Below, in pieces: positions 9,500-19,509 of a stretch of DNA of 64,000 nucleotides. A program made the translations under genes and the position numbers. Numbering within the stretch: the stretch's first letter is position 1; the number at the start of each line of letters is the position of its first letter. Source of the stretch: Methanobacteriota archaeon (GTDB taxonomy: Archaea > Thermoplasmatota > Thermoplasmata > SG8-5 > JAGLSY01); contig JAEHCO010000004.1 in assembly GCA_020697715.1 (NCBI GenBank), positions 32,001-96,000 on the forward strand, written 5' to 3'. A model generated the notes under the pieces. It saw nothing but the letters and a program-made list of their open reading frames with translations, was not told where the DNA came from and did no database searches.

Positions 9500-10786
9500 A
9501 TGGAATCCTTGAAGATCACCAATGCATGGATAGTGACGCAGAACCTGCATAGAGAATTGATAAAAGGAGATATTCTCATAGAAGATGGCAGGATAAGTGC
9601 CATTGGATCTGTTGCACCCGCAGACACAGAAATAGATGGCTCAGGATGTGCCATAATACCAGGCCTTATCAATCTCCACACACACATCTCCATGACCCTC
9701 ATGAGAGGAATAGCGGATGATGTACATCTGGATGCCTTCCTGAACAAGACATTTGAAGTGGATGGTCGACGTACCAGAGAAGACGTTCGATTGGGAACTG
9801 AACTGGGAACTATCGAAATGTTGAAAGGAGGCACGACATCTTTCCTAGACCTATATTATTTCCAGGATGAGATAGCAAAGGCCACCGAGGCCTCAGGCAT
9901 GCGAGGGTTCCTTGGTTGGGCGGTTCTGGATGAAGAGTTCACCACCCAGAAAGGAAATCCAGTTGACAATGCCGCAAGGTTCATCTCCGAGCACAAGAGC
10001 AAGGAAAGGATATATCCGCTCCCAGCTCCACAAGGCGTGTACGTGTGCGATGAGGAGACCTACAGCAGAACACAGGAGCTTGCTGTCAAAGAAGATACTT
10101 TGACCCACACCCATCTTTCAGAAACAAGAATGGAAGTGTATGAGCATGAGAAGAAATATGGAAAAAGACCCGTGCACTGGTTGGATGATATCGGCTTCTT
10201 ATCGGACAGATTGATAGCAGCTCATTGCGGTTGGGTTACCATAAATGAAGTTCGAGCTTTGGCAAATAAAGGAGCCAAAGTAGCGCATTGTCCAGTATCC
10301 AATATGAAGCTGGCAACAGGCGGTGTCGCACCACTTCCAGAGATGTTCAACAATGACATTATCGTCGGACTTGGCACAGACGGATCCTCGTCCAATAATG
10401 GATTGGATATGTTCTGCGAGATGAAGACCTGTGCGCTATTGCACAAGGCCCATAGATGGGACGCGACCGTTCTTCCGGCCCAGAAAGTACTTGATATGGC
10501 CACGATAGATGGAGCGAAGGCTCTTAGAATGGATAAAGAGATTGGCAGTATCGAGATAGGTAAAAAGGCAGATCTGGCGATCATCGATCTGAACCAGGCG
10601 AACATGATACCCGCCGTAAAGGAGAATATCATATCTCACTTGGTCTATTCATGCCAATCGAACAATGTGAGAGATTTGTTGATAGATGGAAGGATCATCA
10701 TGCAAAATAGAGTCTTGAAAACATTAGATGAGAATGACATAAAAGATAGATCACAAGTAATTGGGCAGAAGCTTATTGAAGGTTGA
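9500..10786 (+). CDS. mtaD: Amidohydrolase, 5-methylthioadenosine/S-adenosylhomocysteine deaminase-like
   Basis: PGLINLHTH, HTHLSET, AAHC, HCPVSNMKLA, GLGTDG..SNN. Confidence 0.75.
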   Translation: MESLKITNAWIVTQNLHRELIKGDILIEDGRISAIGSVAPADTEIDGSGCAIIPGLINLHTHISMTLMRGIADDVHLDAFLNKTFEVDGRRTREDVRLGTELGTIEMLKGGTTSFLDLYYFQDEIAKATEASGMRGFLGWAVLDEEFTTQKGNPVDNAARFISEHKSKERIYPLPAPQGVYVCDEETYSRTQELAVKEDTLTHTHLSETRMEVYEHEKKYGKRPVHWLDDIGFLSDRLIAAHCGWVTINEVRALANKGAKVAHCPVSNMKLATGGVAPLPEMFNNDIIVGLGTDGSSSNNGLDMFCEMKTCALLHKAHRWDATVLPAQKVLDMATIDGAKALRMDKEIGSIEIGKKADLAIIDLNQANMIPAVKENIISHLVYSCQSNNVRDLLIDGRIIMQNRVLKTLDENDIKDRSQVIGQKLIEG

Positions 10787-11153
10787 AATTCCATTTCACC
10801 ATTGATATATCTCACAATCAAAGATTGATATTAAGATAAATATATTAATTTTAATATTTATTTATATCAAACTACTGGTACATTAATAATTATAATTATA
10901 TATTATTATTTATATTGATACAGTACATATTATGTGTTGATATAAAACAGATATAATATCGCATACAATATATTATTAAATATATAATTATTAAATAATT
11001 TATAACAATATATATTATAAATTGATTTTAAATAATGTCCTCACACTGTACAAACTTATATATACACTCTAAGATATTATACTGCCAGTGGGAAACTGGA
11101 CGGGGAAAAAGATACATGTTCCACGCCTGAAGGGGCCCAGAAGGAGTAGGATC

Positions 11154-13352
11154 ATGAAACACAGCCATATCAGAATAATAGTATCAATACTTCTAGCACT
11201 TGCTTTCACCTTCACTTTCACCCCTGGAAACACATCCGCCTCATGGGACAGATTGGAATTGATACCCAGCAGATACACAGGCAATACCACTTATGTACCA
11301 GGCGAGACCATTGAGATGATATTACATGCAAGCCCGGAAGATGTATACAATCTAACAATAGTGACCCCGGGAAGCGAGAACCCACTTGTGAATAATTTTA
11401 AAATAGGTGAGGATGGAAAAGCAAGACTCACATACCAAATAGGTGACACAACCCCAGATGGAACATATATGATCCGGGTATGGCAAACGGGAACGATCGT
11501 TGATGAAGTTCCCTACCAGGTCCAATCATACACCCTGAGCATAGAAACGGACAGAAGTGCTTATCTGGTAGGAGATGAGATCAAAATATTCTGGACTGCC
11601 AATCACCTTAAGGATCAGACCCTACCACCTGATGGTTACCTTGTAATTAGGATATGGAATGACACAGGCATGCTGGAGGAGAAAGATTTCGAAAGTCCAG
11701 CAGGAAGCACTTCTTTCGAGATTCGCAACACTTTTGACAAAACAGCAAATTACTGGGTTGATGGATGGTTCAATGATACGCAGGCCTTTGCAAAGCGACA
11801 TCAATATTCAAGGGCAAATTTCACAATCCAATCACTGGGAGTGCAGGTGGATCTTGACAAGACCCAATATTCACTTGGCTCTCTCATGTTCATAGATGTC
11901 CAGACATTTGTAGGAAATGAGTCCGCATCCTATGGGGTCGCAGAGCCCGAATGCACACTGGACATTAAAATATTCAAGAAAACAGATCACAGCTATGTAT
12001 TAAGTTCCGCAGAGGGATTGACCACGGATTCCCACGGAAGTCTCAGGCATATCCTTATACTGGACAATGACCCGAGTGCGAATGTGGAGTATATCAATGG
12101 CACAGAATATGAAGTGGAGATCTCTGCATACAAATGGGATAAAGCTCTGAACAGCAATATAAAAACAGCCTCATTCAAAATATCTCAATTTCCTTCCATA
12201 ACCCTGGTTCTAAGTCTTGACAAAGATGAATATGTCAGTGGGGAGACACTCTTTCTAAATGTCAGTGCTGTTGCTTCTGGACTTGGCCCAGTTAGTTCCT
12301 TCACCTACATATACGAAGTAAGAGATGGAGATGGCCAGGGCAATCTATTCTCAAGAGACACAAAGACCTCATACGAATTCTCATACTCCATCCTTGATGA
12401 TTTCAAAGGATGGTTATGGCTCCAGGTGACAGTGGATGATGGGCAAGGGAACAGAGTGAATATCACGAAGCTCGTCAAAGTGGACTATGCCATCGTGCTC
12501 GTAAATGCAGATCGAGCAAGTTACCTGGCAGAGGACACCATAGAGATCACATATGAAGTGGTAAGCACTCTGATGACCAGGCCAAAAGTATTCTACACCA
12601 TCACTGATGCAGACAGTTCGGTCGTCGCAGAAGGAATAGCCACAGGAGGAAGTTTCAGTTTCATAGTTCCAGATGTTCCATCTCAAAGATACATATTCAA
12701 TGTGTATGCGAGTCAAGATGGGATAATCGCACATGGAGATCATTCTTCAGACCTATTCACAGGATATCTTCTCAAATTGGAATTCAATAGAGGTTCCTAT
12801 TCTCCAGGAAATACAATGGCAATAGATTATGAGATAATTCCACAAGGTCAGTCAAGAATACCATCCACCTTCGTTATAACCTATGGCCTGGTGAATGGCC
12901 AGGAATTAACATACCACACACAATCCAGCACAGGAAGATTGATTTACAAGATCCCTGAGGATATTGATGAGGGTGACCAGGTCTTCTATGCCACATCGGA
13001 CATAGGTGGATCAACTAGTGAGATCATCACGATAGATGATGGAAATAATCCACTCTGGTACAATACGATATTCGGCATACCTATCTTGACCTTCTTCATG
13101 CTTGTTCTAGTCCTATTATGCACCTTCATGGTAATGAGACAGAGAAAGGCAATTAATAATCTGAAATACAATAAGATATTGGACAATAATAACTGGACGG
13201 GACCTAGCAAGAGAAGTGGCACATCACCCACATCAGGATCCGCATCTATCGTCAACTGTGATAGTTGTGAGAAACCAATTGAGGTGACCACTTCCAGGCG
13301 ACCGATAGAGGTCATGTGTCCACATTGCGGAGAGATCGAGAAGCTGGAGTAA
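11154..13352 (+). CDS. Membrane-anchored surface protein with repeated beta-sandwich (MG2-like) modules and a cytoplasmic zinc ribbon
   Basis: Signal peptide; repeated TDRSAYLVGD / LDKTQYSLGS / LDKDEYVSGE / ADRASYLAED / FNRGSYSPGN; C-terminal TM, then CDSC..CPHCG. Confidence 0.65.
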   Translation: MKHSHIRIIVSILLALAFTFTFTPGNTSASWDRLELIPSRYTGNTTYVPGETIEMILHASPEDVYNLTIVTPGSENPLVNNFKIGEDGKARLTYQIGDTTPDGTYMIRVWQTGTIVDEVPYQVQSYTLSIETDRSAYLVGDEIKIFWTANHLKDQTLPPDGYLVIRIWNDTGMLEEKDFESPAGSTSFEIRNTFDKTANYWVDGWFNDTQAFAKRHQYSRANFTIQSLGVQVDLDKTQYSLGSLMFIDVQTFVGNESASYGVAEPECTLDIKIFKKTDHSYVLSSAEGLTTDSHGSLRHILILDNDPSANVEYINGTEYEVEISAYKWDKALNSNIKTASFKISQFPSITLVLSLDKDEYVSGETLFLNVSAVASGLGPVSSFTYIYEVRDGDGQGNLFSRDTKTSYEFSYSILDDFKGWLWLQVTVDDGQGNRVNITKLVKVDYAIVLVNADRASYLAEDTIEITYEVVSTLMTRPKVFYTITDADSSVVAEGIATGGSFSFIVPDVPSQRYIFNVYASQDGIIAHGDHSSDLFTGYLLKLEFNRGSYSPGNTMAIDYEIIPQGQSRIPSTFVITYGLVNGQELTYHTQSSTGRLIYKIPEDIDEGDQVFYATSDIGGSTSEIITIDDGNNPLWYNTIFGIPILTFFMLVLVLLCTFMVMRQRKAINNLKYNKILDNNNWTGPSKRSGTSPTSGSASIVNCDSCEKPIEVTTSRRPIEVMCPHCGEIEKLE

Positions 13353-14513
13353 TTACCCCAATAACCCTTTCTTCTCTGCTTCTGCTATCCTCGAAACCCC
13401 ATCTTTTATAATTTCTCTGGATGCGGCATAGGATATTCTTATGTGATCATCCACCGAACTTCCGAAAGCAGATCCAGGTGTTGTCGCGACCTTGGCCTCA
13501 GTGAGCATGGCCTCGGCGAATTCCATTGAATTGAAGGATGATTTGAATTTTGGGAACAGATAGAATGCTCCTTCCGGTTTGGCACATGTAAAACTATCCA
13601 GCTCATTCAAAAGACCATGCATGAGATCACGGCGAGCCTTGAACTCGGTGACCATCCCTTGTACATCATCTGCGGAGTTTTCCAATGCATCGATCCCCGC
13701 CAATTGTATGAATGGCGGGATACAGGTTATAGAATGCTGCTGCACCTTGGATATTTCCTTTAATAGCATCGGTGGAGCTATGAGCCAGCCAGCCCTCCAG
13801 CCAGTCATCGCATAGGCCTTGGAAAGACCATTGATGGTGACAGTGCGCTCGAACATCCCATCGAAGGATGCTATGGAATGGTGCTTCCCCTCGTACAATA
13901 TCTTTTGATAGATCTCATCAGCCAGAACTATTAGATCATGGTCCTTTGCAAGATCAGCGATGCCTCTCAGCTCGGCCTCGCTCATGACTATCCCTGTAGG
14001 ATTGCTAGGAGTATTGACGATGATCATCTTTGTCTTGGGAGTTATGGCCTCCGCTATTGCCTCGGGTGTGAAATGCAGTTCGCTCTTTGAAGAATCTACA
14101 AAGACAGATTTAGCGCCATTTATAGCCGCACAGGGCTCATAACTGACCCAGGAGGGGTCCTGCATGATGACCTCGTCGCCAGGGTCCAGAAGTGCAGTGC
14201 AGGTCATGTACAGAGTGTGCTTGGTAGGAGCCACGATGATATTGCTGAGATCGCAAGGAATACCATTCTTCCCCTCACTCTTGGCAATGGCCTCGCGAAA
14301 CTGAGGCAGACCACTGGAAGGAGCATAATGGGTCCATCCATCATCCAATGCCTTTTTTGCCACTTCACGAATATGTGCCGGCGTGTCAAAATCTGGCTCG
14401 CCCACTGTGAAAGATATGATATCTTCCCCGGCTGCTTTCATCTCTGCCACCTTATTTCCCAATGCGACCGTTGGTGATGGCTGCACGTTCTTCATCCTGT
14501 CTGCTGTTTTCAT
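13353..14513 (-). CDS. aspC: Class I PLP aminotransferase (aspartate aminotransferase-like)
   Basis: GEPDFDTP, NTPSNPTG, ADEIY, GLSKAYAMTGWRAG. Confidence 0.85.
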   Translation of the reverse strand: MKTADRMKNVQPSPTVALGNKVAEMKAAGEDIISFTVGEPDFDTPAHIREVAKKALDDGWTHYAPSSGLPQFREAIAKSEGKNGIPCDLSNIIVAPTKHTLYMTCTALLDPGDEVIMQDPSWVSYEPCAAINGAKSVFVDSSKSELHFTPEAIAEAITPKTKMIIVNTPSNPTGIVMSEAELRGIADLAKDHDLIVLADEIYQKILYEGKHHSIASFDGMFERTVTINGLSKAYAMTGWRAGWLIAPPMLLKEISKVQQHSITCIPPFIQLAGIDALENSADDVQGMVTEFKARRDLMHGLLNELDSFTCAKPEGAFYLFPKFKSSFNSMEFAEAMLTEAKVATTPGSAFGSSVDDHIRISYAASREIIKDGVSRIAEAEKKGLLG

Positions 14514-14607
14514 CTTATTTCCTCCCTTACTTTCTCCCATCTCAATCATTATTTATGTGTTTATTTATATTATTATATATTTATTATATTTGTTAAATTA
14601 ATTATAT

Positions 14608-16302
14608 TTATTTATGCGCGAAGTAACCCTCCAGACCATGATCGGTCTTTTCAAGTTTGAGGAAACCAAATCTCTCAAACTGTACCACTTTACCAACCGA
14701 ATCAAGTGCACCATATTCCACAATGCCCTGCCTGGTCTCGCCATCAGGCATGTTCACTCTCACCTCGTGATATTGACTACCCACCCAGTGGATTATTCGA
14801 GCTCCTTTCTTGATCACATCCAGGTCATTACCCAGATACTTGAATTGTTTTTCACCCAGATATTCCATATTTCCAAGGTCCTTGAATCGGATAAGATCGC
14901 CAGGCTTTGCACTTACCAGGTCTTCTGCGGTTATATTCAGATAGATGAAGCCATTTTCATCGGCTTCATGAGTGGTCTCCCGATAACCAGCATCGGGGTC
15001 ATCTGGCAATAGAGAGCATTTGCCTTTCAGTATCTCGGCCCCACTTATTCGCACAACCTCGGGATCCCAGACAAAGAAGAACCTGTGAGCGATAGGGTCT
15101 ATGATGGTCTTATTGTAGGCAAATAGATTCTCCCATGCGAATTTTATATCAACGGCTTTGATGCCAACCTCCACCCAGTAATTGCGAATGGCCCCAGGTT
15201 GTATTCCTCGACGAGCCAGGGATGCGACGGTTCCCAGGCGCGGATCATCCCAACCGGTGTATTTTCCCTCTGCGATGGCGACCTTGATCTGCCTGGTGCT
15301 CAATACCGTGTCATCGATACTGACCCAGCCATAGTGATAGAACTTTGGCTTTTCCCATCCCAGGTGATCGTACACATATTCCTGACGGATAGTATTATTG
15401 AGATGATCCTTGCCCCTGAGCACATGCGACATTTCCATTAAGTGATCGTCAATAGCGACTGAATAATTATATAATGGATAGACAATATAATTATCTCCAA
15501 CCATGGGATGAATATCATCCAGCAGCCTCAAGGCCACGAAATCCCGCACCGCGGGGTTTGGATGTTCAATATCTGTCTTCACCACCATGGAGATATCACC
15601 TGGCCGGAAGTTTCCGGCCAGCATTTTATCGAACAATTGTAGATTGTCATCCACATCTGAATCCCGATGCTCGCAAGCCGTTTTATTATCCTTCAGTTCA
15701 CGCCATTGCTCGGATTCACACTGGCACATATACGCCGCGCCTTTTTCAATGAGCTGGCGCGCATATTCATAGTAGGTCTCAAAGCGATCACTTTGATTGA
15801 TGACCTCATGGTATTCGACCTCCAAAAAATCCAGGTCCTTGAGTATCATGTCATACGCTTCGGGCATGATCGTATCTGGATTGGTGTCCTCCAGTCTCAC
15901 AATGAGCTTGCCACCATATCGCTTGACATATTCATCATTCAATATCGCCATTCGAGTATGGCCGATATGTAGAGGGCCAGATGGATTGGGAGCCAGGCGC
16001 ATGACAACCCCACCCTCTGCTCCTTCGATGTCTTCCAATCGAAGGATCCTTTCTTTCTTTTCCTTCACGAGAAGTTCCGGAGCCAGCTCCTCAAGTGCCT
16101 TTTGCTGTTCCTCCGCACTCATCTTATTGATTTCAGCCAGAACCTTTCCAACTATCTGGCCGACCTCTTTCGCCTGCTTCTTGAGGTCGGGGTTCTTTCC
16201 CAGGATCATACCGATTATTGGGCCAGCATTGGCACTGCCACCATGTTGCAATGCATTGTTCAGTCCGAATTTACGGGCCATATCTTCAATATCCTGGGTC
16301 AT
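14608..16302 (-). CDS. gltX: Glutamate--tRNA ligase, archaeal type
   Basis: RLAPNPSGPLHIGH, RLEDTNP, HVLRGKDH, GWDDPRL, QFERFGF. Confidence 0.95.
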   Translation of the reverse strand: MTQDIEDMARKFGLNNALQHGGSANAGPIIGMILGKNPDLKKQAKEVGQIVGKVLAEINKMSAEEQQKALEELAPELLVKEKKERILRLEDIEGAEGGVVMRLAPNPSGPLHIGHTRMAILNDEYVKRYGGKLIVRLEDTNPDTIMPEAYDMILKDLDFLEVEYHEVINQSDRFETYYEYARQLIEKGAAYMCQCESEQWRELKDNKTACEHRDSDVDDNLQLFDKMLAGNFRPGDISMVVKTDIEHPNPAVRDFVALRLLDDIHPMVGDNYIVYPLYNYSVAIDDHLMEMSHVLRGKDHLNNTIRQEYVYDHLGWEKPKFYHYGWVSIDDTVLSTRQIKVAIAEGKYTGWDDPRLGTVASLARRGIQPGAIRNYWVEVGIKAVDIKFAWENLFAYNKTIIDPIAHRFFFVWDPEVVRISGAEILKGKCSLLPDDPDAGYRETTHEADENGFIYLNITAEDLVSAKPGDLIRFKDLGNMEYLGEKQFKYLGNDLDVIKKGARIIHWVGSQYHEVRVNMPDGETRQGIVEYGALDSVGKVVQFERFGFLKLEKTDHGLEGYFAHK

Positions 16303-16362
16303 TGTCCGGGTATCGATGAGTTGGTATTAAAACTTGATGGGATTTTTGATATAATCAATACG

Positions 16363-16761
16363 TCAATAATCCTTCTTATCGTCTATGACGCCTCTCACAC
16401 CACCGCGAGGCTTGTCCGTATCTCCCTCGCGCCTTGGTATCAGATGGATATGTGCATGCATAACAGTTTGACCTGCGACCAAGCCAGTATTTGTTCCAGC
16501 ATTGAAGCCCTTAATACTGGGATCATCTGCCAGCATCTTGTTCCTCAACTGGATGAGAAGAGTGTCAGCATCCAGCCTCTCCTGTGATGTCATCTCGAAA
16601 TAATTATCCACGTGGCGCTTCGGGATTATCAAAAGATGACCTTCTGACACAGGGAATATGTCCTTTATCGCGATCACAAGGCCATGCTCGGCCACCCTGC
16701 AGCCAGTTACCTCTGGAGAGCAGAATACACAGTCTTCTTTTGATCCTGTATCTTGGGTCAT
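16363..16761 (-). CDS. HIT family nucleotide hydrolase
   Basis: CVFC, AGQTVMHAHIHLIPRR. Confidence 0.92.
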   Translation of the reverse strand: MTQDTGSKEDCVFCSPEVTGCRVAEHGLVIAIKDIFPVSEGHLLIIPKRHVDNYFEMTSQERLDADTLLIQLRNKMLADDPSIKGFNAGTNTGLVAGQTVMHAHIHLIPRREGDTDKPRGGVRGVIDDKKDY

Positions 16762-16873
16762 GTGATTGGTATTGTGAAGAAGGTATTAAAAACTGGCGGA
16801 TATCCGAGTATTTCAATTCAAAATGTTGATTTCTGCCACAAATCCTTAATATAGATTCACATATGGTATCCTC

Positions 16874-17101
16874 ATGTGCTTGGCAGTACCCGGAAAAGTC
16901 ATCACACTTGATGATGCGATCGCTAGAGTGGATTTCGGCTCTGGCGTGATAAGAGATGTGAACATGTCAATGTTGGAAGTCGAGATCGGCGATTACGTGA
17001 TAGTTCACGCTGGCTTCGCCATCCAGAAGGTGGATGAAAAAGAGGCAAAGGAGACCCTGAAGCTCTTTGAGGAATTGATGGAGAAGGCCAATAAAGAATG
17101 A
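16874..17101 (+). CDS. hypC: Hydrogenase assembly chaperone HypC
   Basis: MCLAVPG, GDYVIVHAGFAI. Confidence 0.96.
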   Translation: MCLAVPGKVITLDDAIARVDFGSGVIRDVNMSMLEVEIGDYVIVHAGFAIQKVDEKEAKETLKLFEELMEKANKE

Positions 17102-17160
17102 ACGGGTCATATTTATATATTTAAAATATAAAAATAATTATATTATAATGAGGGGATAAA

Positions 17161-17571
17161 ATGCACGAGTTCGCGGTTGTTGAAGGGATCGTCAAGGCAG
17201 TTCTGGAGGAAGCTGGTAAGCATGGGAAGGTCATCCGAATAGAAGAAGTCTATTTGGAGGTAGGCGACCTGGCCTTTCTGAACTCCGCCCAACTTATATT
17301 TGCCTTTGATGCACTCAAGAAAAACACACTGCTGGCCAAAGCTCAGCTATTGATCGCCAACATGGTGGCAAATGTCAGGTGCAAAGATTGTGGATATACT
17401 GGGCCTATGGATCCTCCAGATGATGAATTTCATTATGCATCACCCATCATCATGTGCCCGAAATGCAATGGAGCCGTTGATATTCTGAATGGAAGACAGT
17501 GCACGGTACGCAATGTCAGGCTCATAGTAGATGATGACGACGAAAATGATGAAATAAAGGAGGGTGAGTAA
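17161..17571 (+). CDS. hypA: Hydrogenase nickel metallochaperone HypA
   Basis: MHE start, CKDC and CPKC. Confidence 0.95.
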   Translation: MHEFAVVEGIVKAVLEEAGKHGKVIRIEEVYLEVGDLAFLNSAQLIFAFDALKKNTLLAKAQLLIANMVANVRCKDCGYTGPMDPPDDEFHYASPIIMCPKCNGAVDILNGRQCTVRNVRLIVDDDDENDEIKEGE

Positions 17572-18655
17572 CATGGCGGACTTTCAGAACAGGGACATGG
17601 CGAAAAAAGTACTGGACAAGATAAAGGACTCTGGTGTGGAAGCGAAGTTCATGCATGTATGCGGAACACACCAGGACACACTTGTACGCAATGGCCTGGA
17701 TGCCATGCTGGAAGAGACTGGCATTAGAATTCTACAGGGTCCTGGATGTCCCGTTTGTGTAACAACACCCAATGAGATAGAGGAAGCTATAAAGCTGGCC
17801 GACTCAGGAATTGTAGTAACGGTCTTCGGGGACATGATCACTGTCCCCGGCGCGAAGAGATCACTGGCTCATGCAAAAGGTGATGGCGCGGATGTTCGCA
17901 TTGTGTATTCCATAATGGATGCCATGAAAATGGCCAAAGACCAGCCTGAAAAAGACTTCATGTTCATGGGCATCGGCTTCGAGACAACGACGCCCGCAAC
18001 ATCCTTCGCATTGCTTAGCCAGCCTCCTGAGAATTTCAGCATATTATCATGCCACAGGACAGTTCCCAAGGCATTACGCGCCCTTGTGAATATGGGCGAG
18101 GTAAAATTACATGGCCTTATCGAGCCAGGCCATGTCAGCGCCATAATCGGCGAGGAGCCGTACCAATTCCTTTCTACAGAATACAATATTCCACAAGTTA
18201 TTGCTGGCTTCGAGCCCCTGGATCTGCTCATGAGCATTTACATGTTGACCCAGCAGATCAAAGAAGGCAGAGCGGAAGTTGAGAACGAATACTTCCGCGT
18301 CGTGAAGCCCGAAGGAAATCCCAAAGCCATCGAAGCAATGTCCAAGACCCTCGTCGAATGCGATGTCAAATGGCGCGGATTCCCTGTCATTCCAGAGACT
18401 GGCCTCGAAATATCAAACAAGTTCGAGGCACACAATACACGCAAGAAGTACGAAGACCTTCTTGCCCCCATCTGGGACATGGAGATAAAAGAGCCAGCAG
18501 GTTGTAAGTGCGGCGAGATATTACGCGGCATAATGGAACCACAGGATTGTCCATTATTCGGCAAGGCGTGCAAGCCAGGGAACCCGGTTGGACCTTGCAT
18601 GGTGAGCTTTGAGGGCGGATGTGCGATTGCGTATAAATATGGGAAGAGGCAATAG
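17564..18655 (+). CDS. hypD: Hydrogenase formation protein HypD
   Basis: MHVCGTH, GPGCPVC, GFETT, PGHVS, GPCMVSFEGGC. Confidence 0.97.
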   Translation: MSNMADFQNRDMAKKVLDKIKDSGVEAKFMHVCGTHQDTLVRNGLDAMLEETGIRILQGPGCPVCVTTPNEIEEAIKLADSGIVVTVFGDMITVPGAKRSLAHAKGDGADVRIVYSIMDAMKMAKDQPEKDFMFMGIGFETTTPATSFALLSQPPENFSILSCHRTVPKALRALVNMGEVKLHGLIEPGHVSAIIGEEPYQFLSTEYNIPQVIAGFEPLDLLMSIYMLTQQIKEGRAEVENEYFRVVKPEGNPKAIEAMSKTLVECDVKWRGFPVIPETGLEISNKFEAHNTRKKYEDLLAPIWDMEIKEPAGCKCGEILRGIMEPQDCPLFGKACKPGNPVGPCMVSFEGGCAIAYKYGKRQ

Positions 18656-18699
18656 AACATAGCCCGTAAGCGAATATTATTGATGTGCCAGTTAAGCGT

Positions 18700-18747
18700 T
18701 AGGGCGTATGTGCTATAGCTTATAAATATGGGAAAAGGAATGAGTAA
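18700..18747 (+). repeat. Diverged direct copy of the hypD 3' end
   Basis: Reads *GVCAIAYKYGKRNE* versus hypD EGGCAIAYKYGKRQ* (18611-18655). Confidence 0.8.
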
Positions 18748-18815
18748 CATAGCTAAAATAGCTTTGCTGGCCTACCCCAACATATCAATTGTGTGATAAA
18801 TATATAAATATCAAA

Positions 18816-18967
18816 ATGAGGGCTCCCCAATGCTGAAGCATTGGCAATAAATGTAGCTACATTTACTGAGCCCTTATTGAATTCATCCCAAGCTAATACT
18901 TCGTAGATACATCAGATATATCCGCAAACCTAAAGGTGCGGTATTAAGCTTGGGGATTATTCAATAA
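18816..18967. ncRNA. Candidate multi-stem structured RNA or bidirectional terminator
   Basis: Nested inverted repeats (see findings). Confidence 0.35.
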
Positions 18968-19408
18968 TTCTAATACGATCTTCACCATCTCCGGCACAGC
19001 CCTGATGACCAGTGGGCACATATGATCCACTGGTGATGTGTCTATCATCTGGACACTGACTATCCAGATGTCCTCCGGGAGCTCGCCCATCTTTTTGGAT
19101 ATGTCCAGGGTTGTGAAGAGATCCCAATCGTGCAGACTGTATCCCTGTGTTTTGAGGGTGTGCACCTCATCTGGTCTGAAACATCTTACTTCTGCTGGCT
19201 GGCCTCCAAACTCGGCCGCGTCTATGATCACGACCTTGTCGTAATCCGCCAGCACATGAACGAGATTGATACCGCCCGTGCCCATCTCGATGAAGTCCAT
19301 GTCCTCCGGAAGGTCTGCCTTGCGGTCTTTCAATCTGTTGAGGACCGCTATGCCGGCCCCGTCATCCGCCATGAGGGGATTGCCAATTCCGATTATCGCT
19401 TGCTTCAT
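18944..19408 (-). CDS. Hydrogenase maturation endopeptidase (HycI/HybD family)
   Basis: IGIGNPLMADDGAG, VVIIDAA, SLHD. Confidence 0.92.
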   Translation of the reverse strand: MKQAIIGIGNPLMADDGAGIAVLNRLKDRKADLPEDMDFIEMGTGGINLVHVLADYDKVVIIDAAEFGGQPAEVRCFRPDEVHTLKTQGYSLHDWDLFTTLDISKKMGELPEDIWIVSVQMIDTSPVDHMCPLVIRAVPEMVKIVLELLNNPQA

Positions 19409-19449
19409 TGGACCACCAGTAAGTTCAAGTTATACTAAAAGGTAAAGGT

Positions 19450-19475
19450 GGAAGGGGCTTTTGAACCCCTTCCTT
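19450..19475 (-). terminator. Hairpin plus pyrimidine tract after the large-subunit gene
   Basis: GGAAGGGG-N8-CCCCTTCC followed on the minus strand by ACCTTTACCTTTT. Confidence 0.5.
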
Positions 19476-19509
19476 TTTCCATCCCATTTGGGCATTTTCC
19501 CCCTAGGAT

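Noticed and set aside
18816-18877. tRNA or hammerhead ribozyme
   Set aside because: There is no T-loop or D-loop consensus and no CUGANGA/GAAA core.
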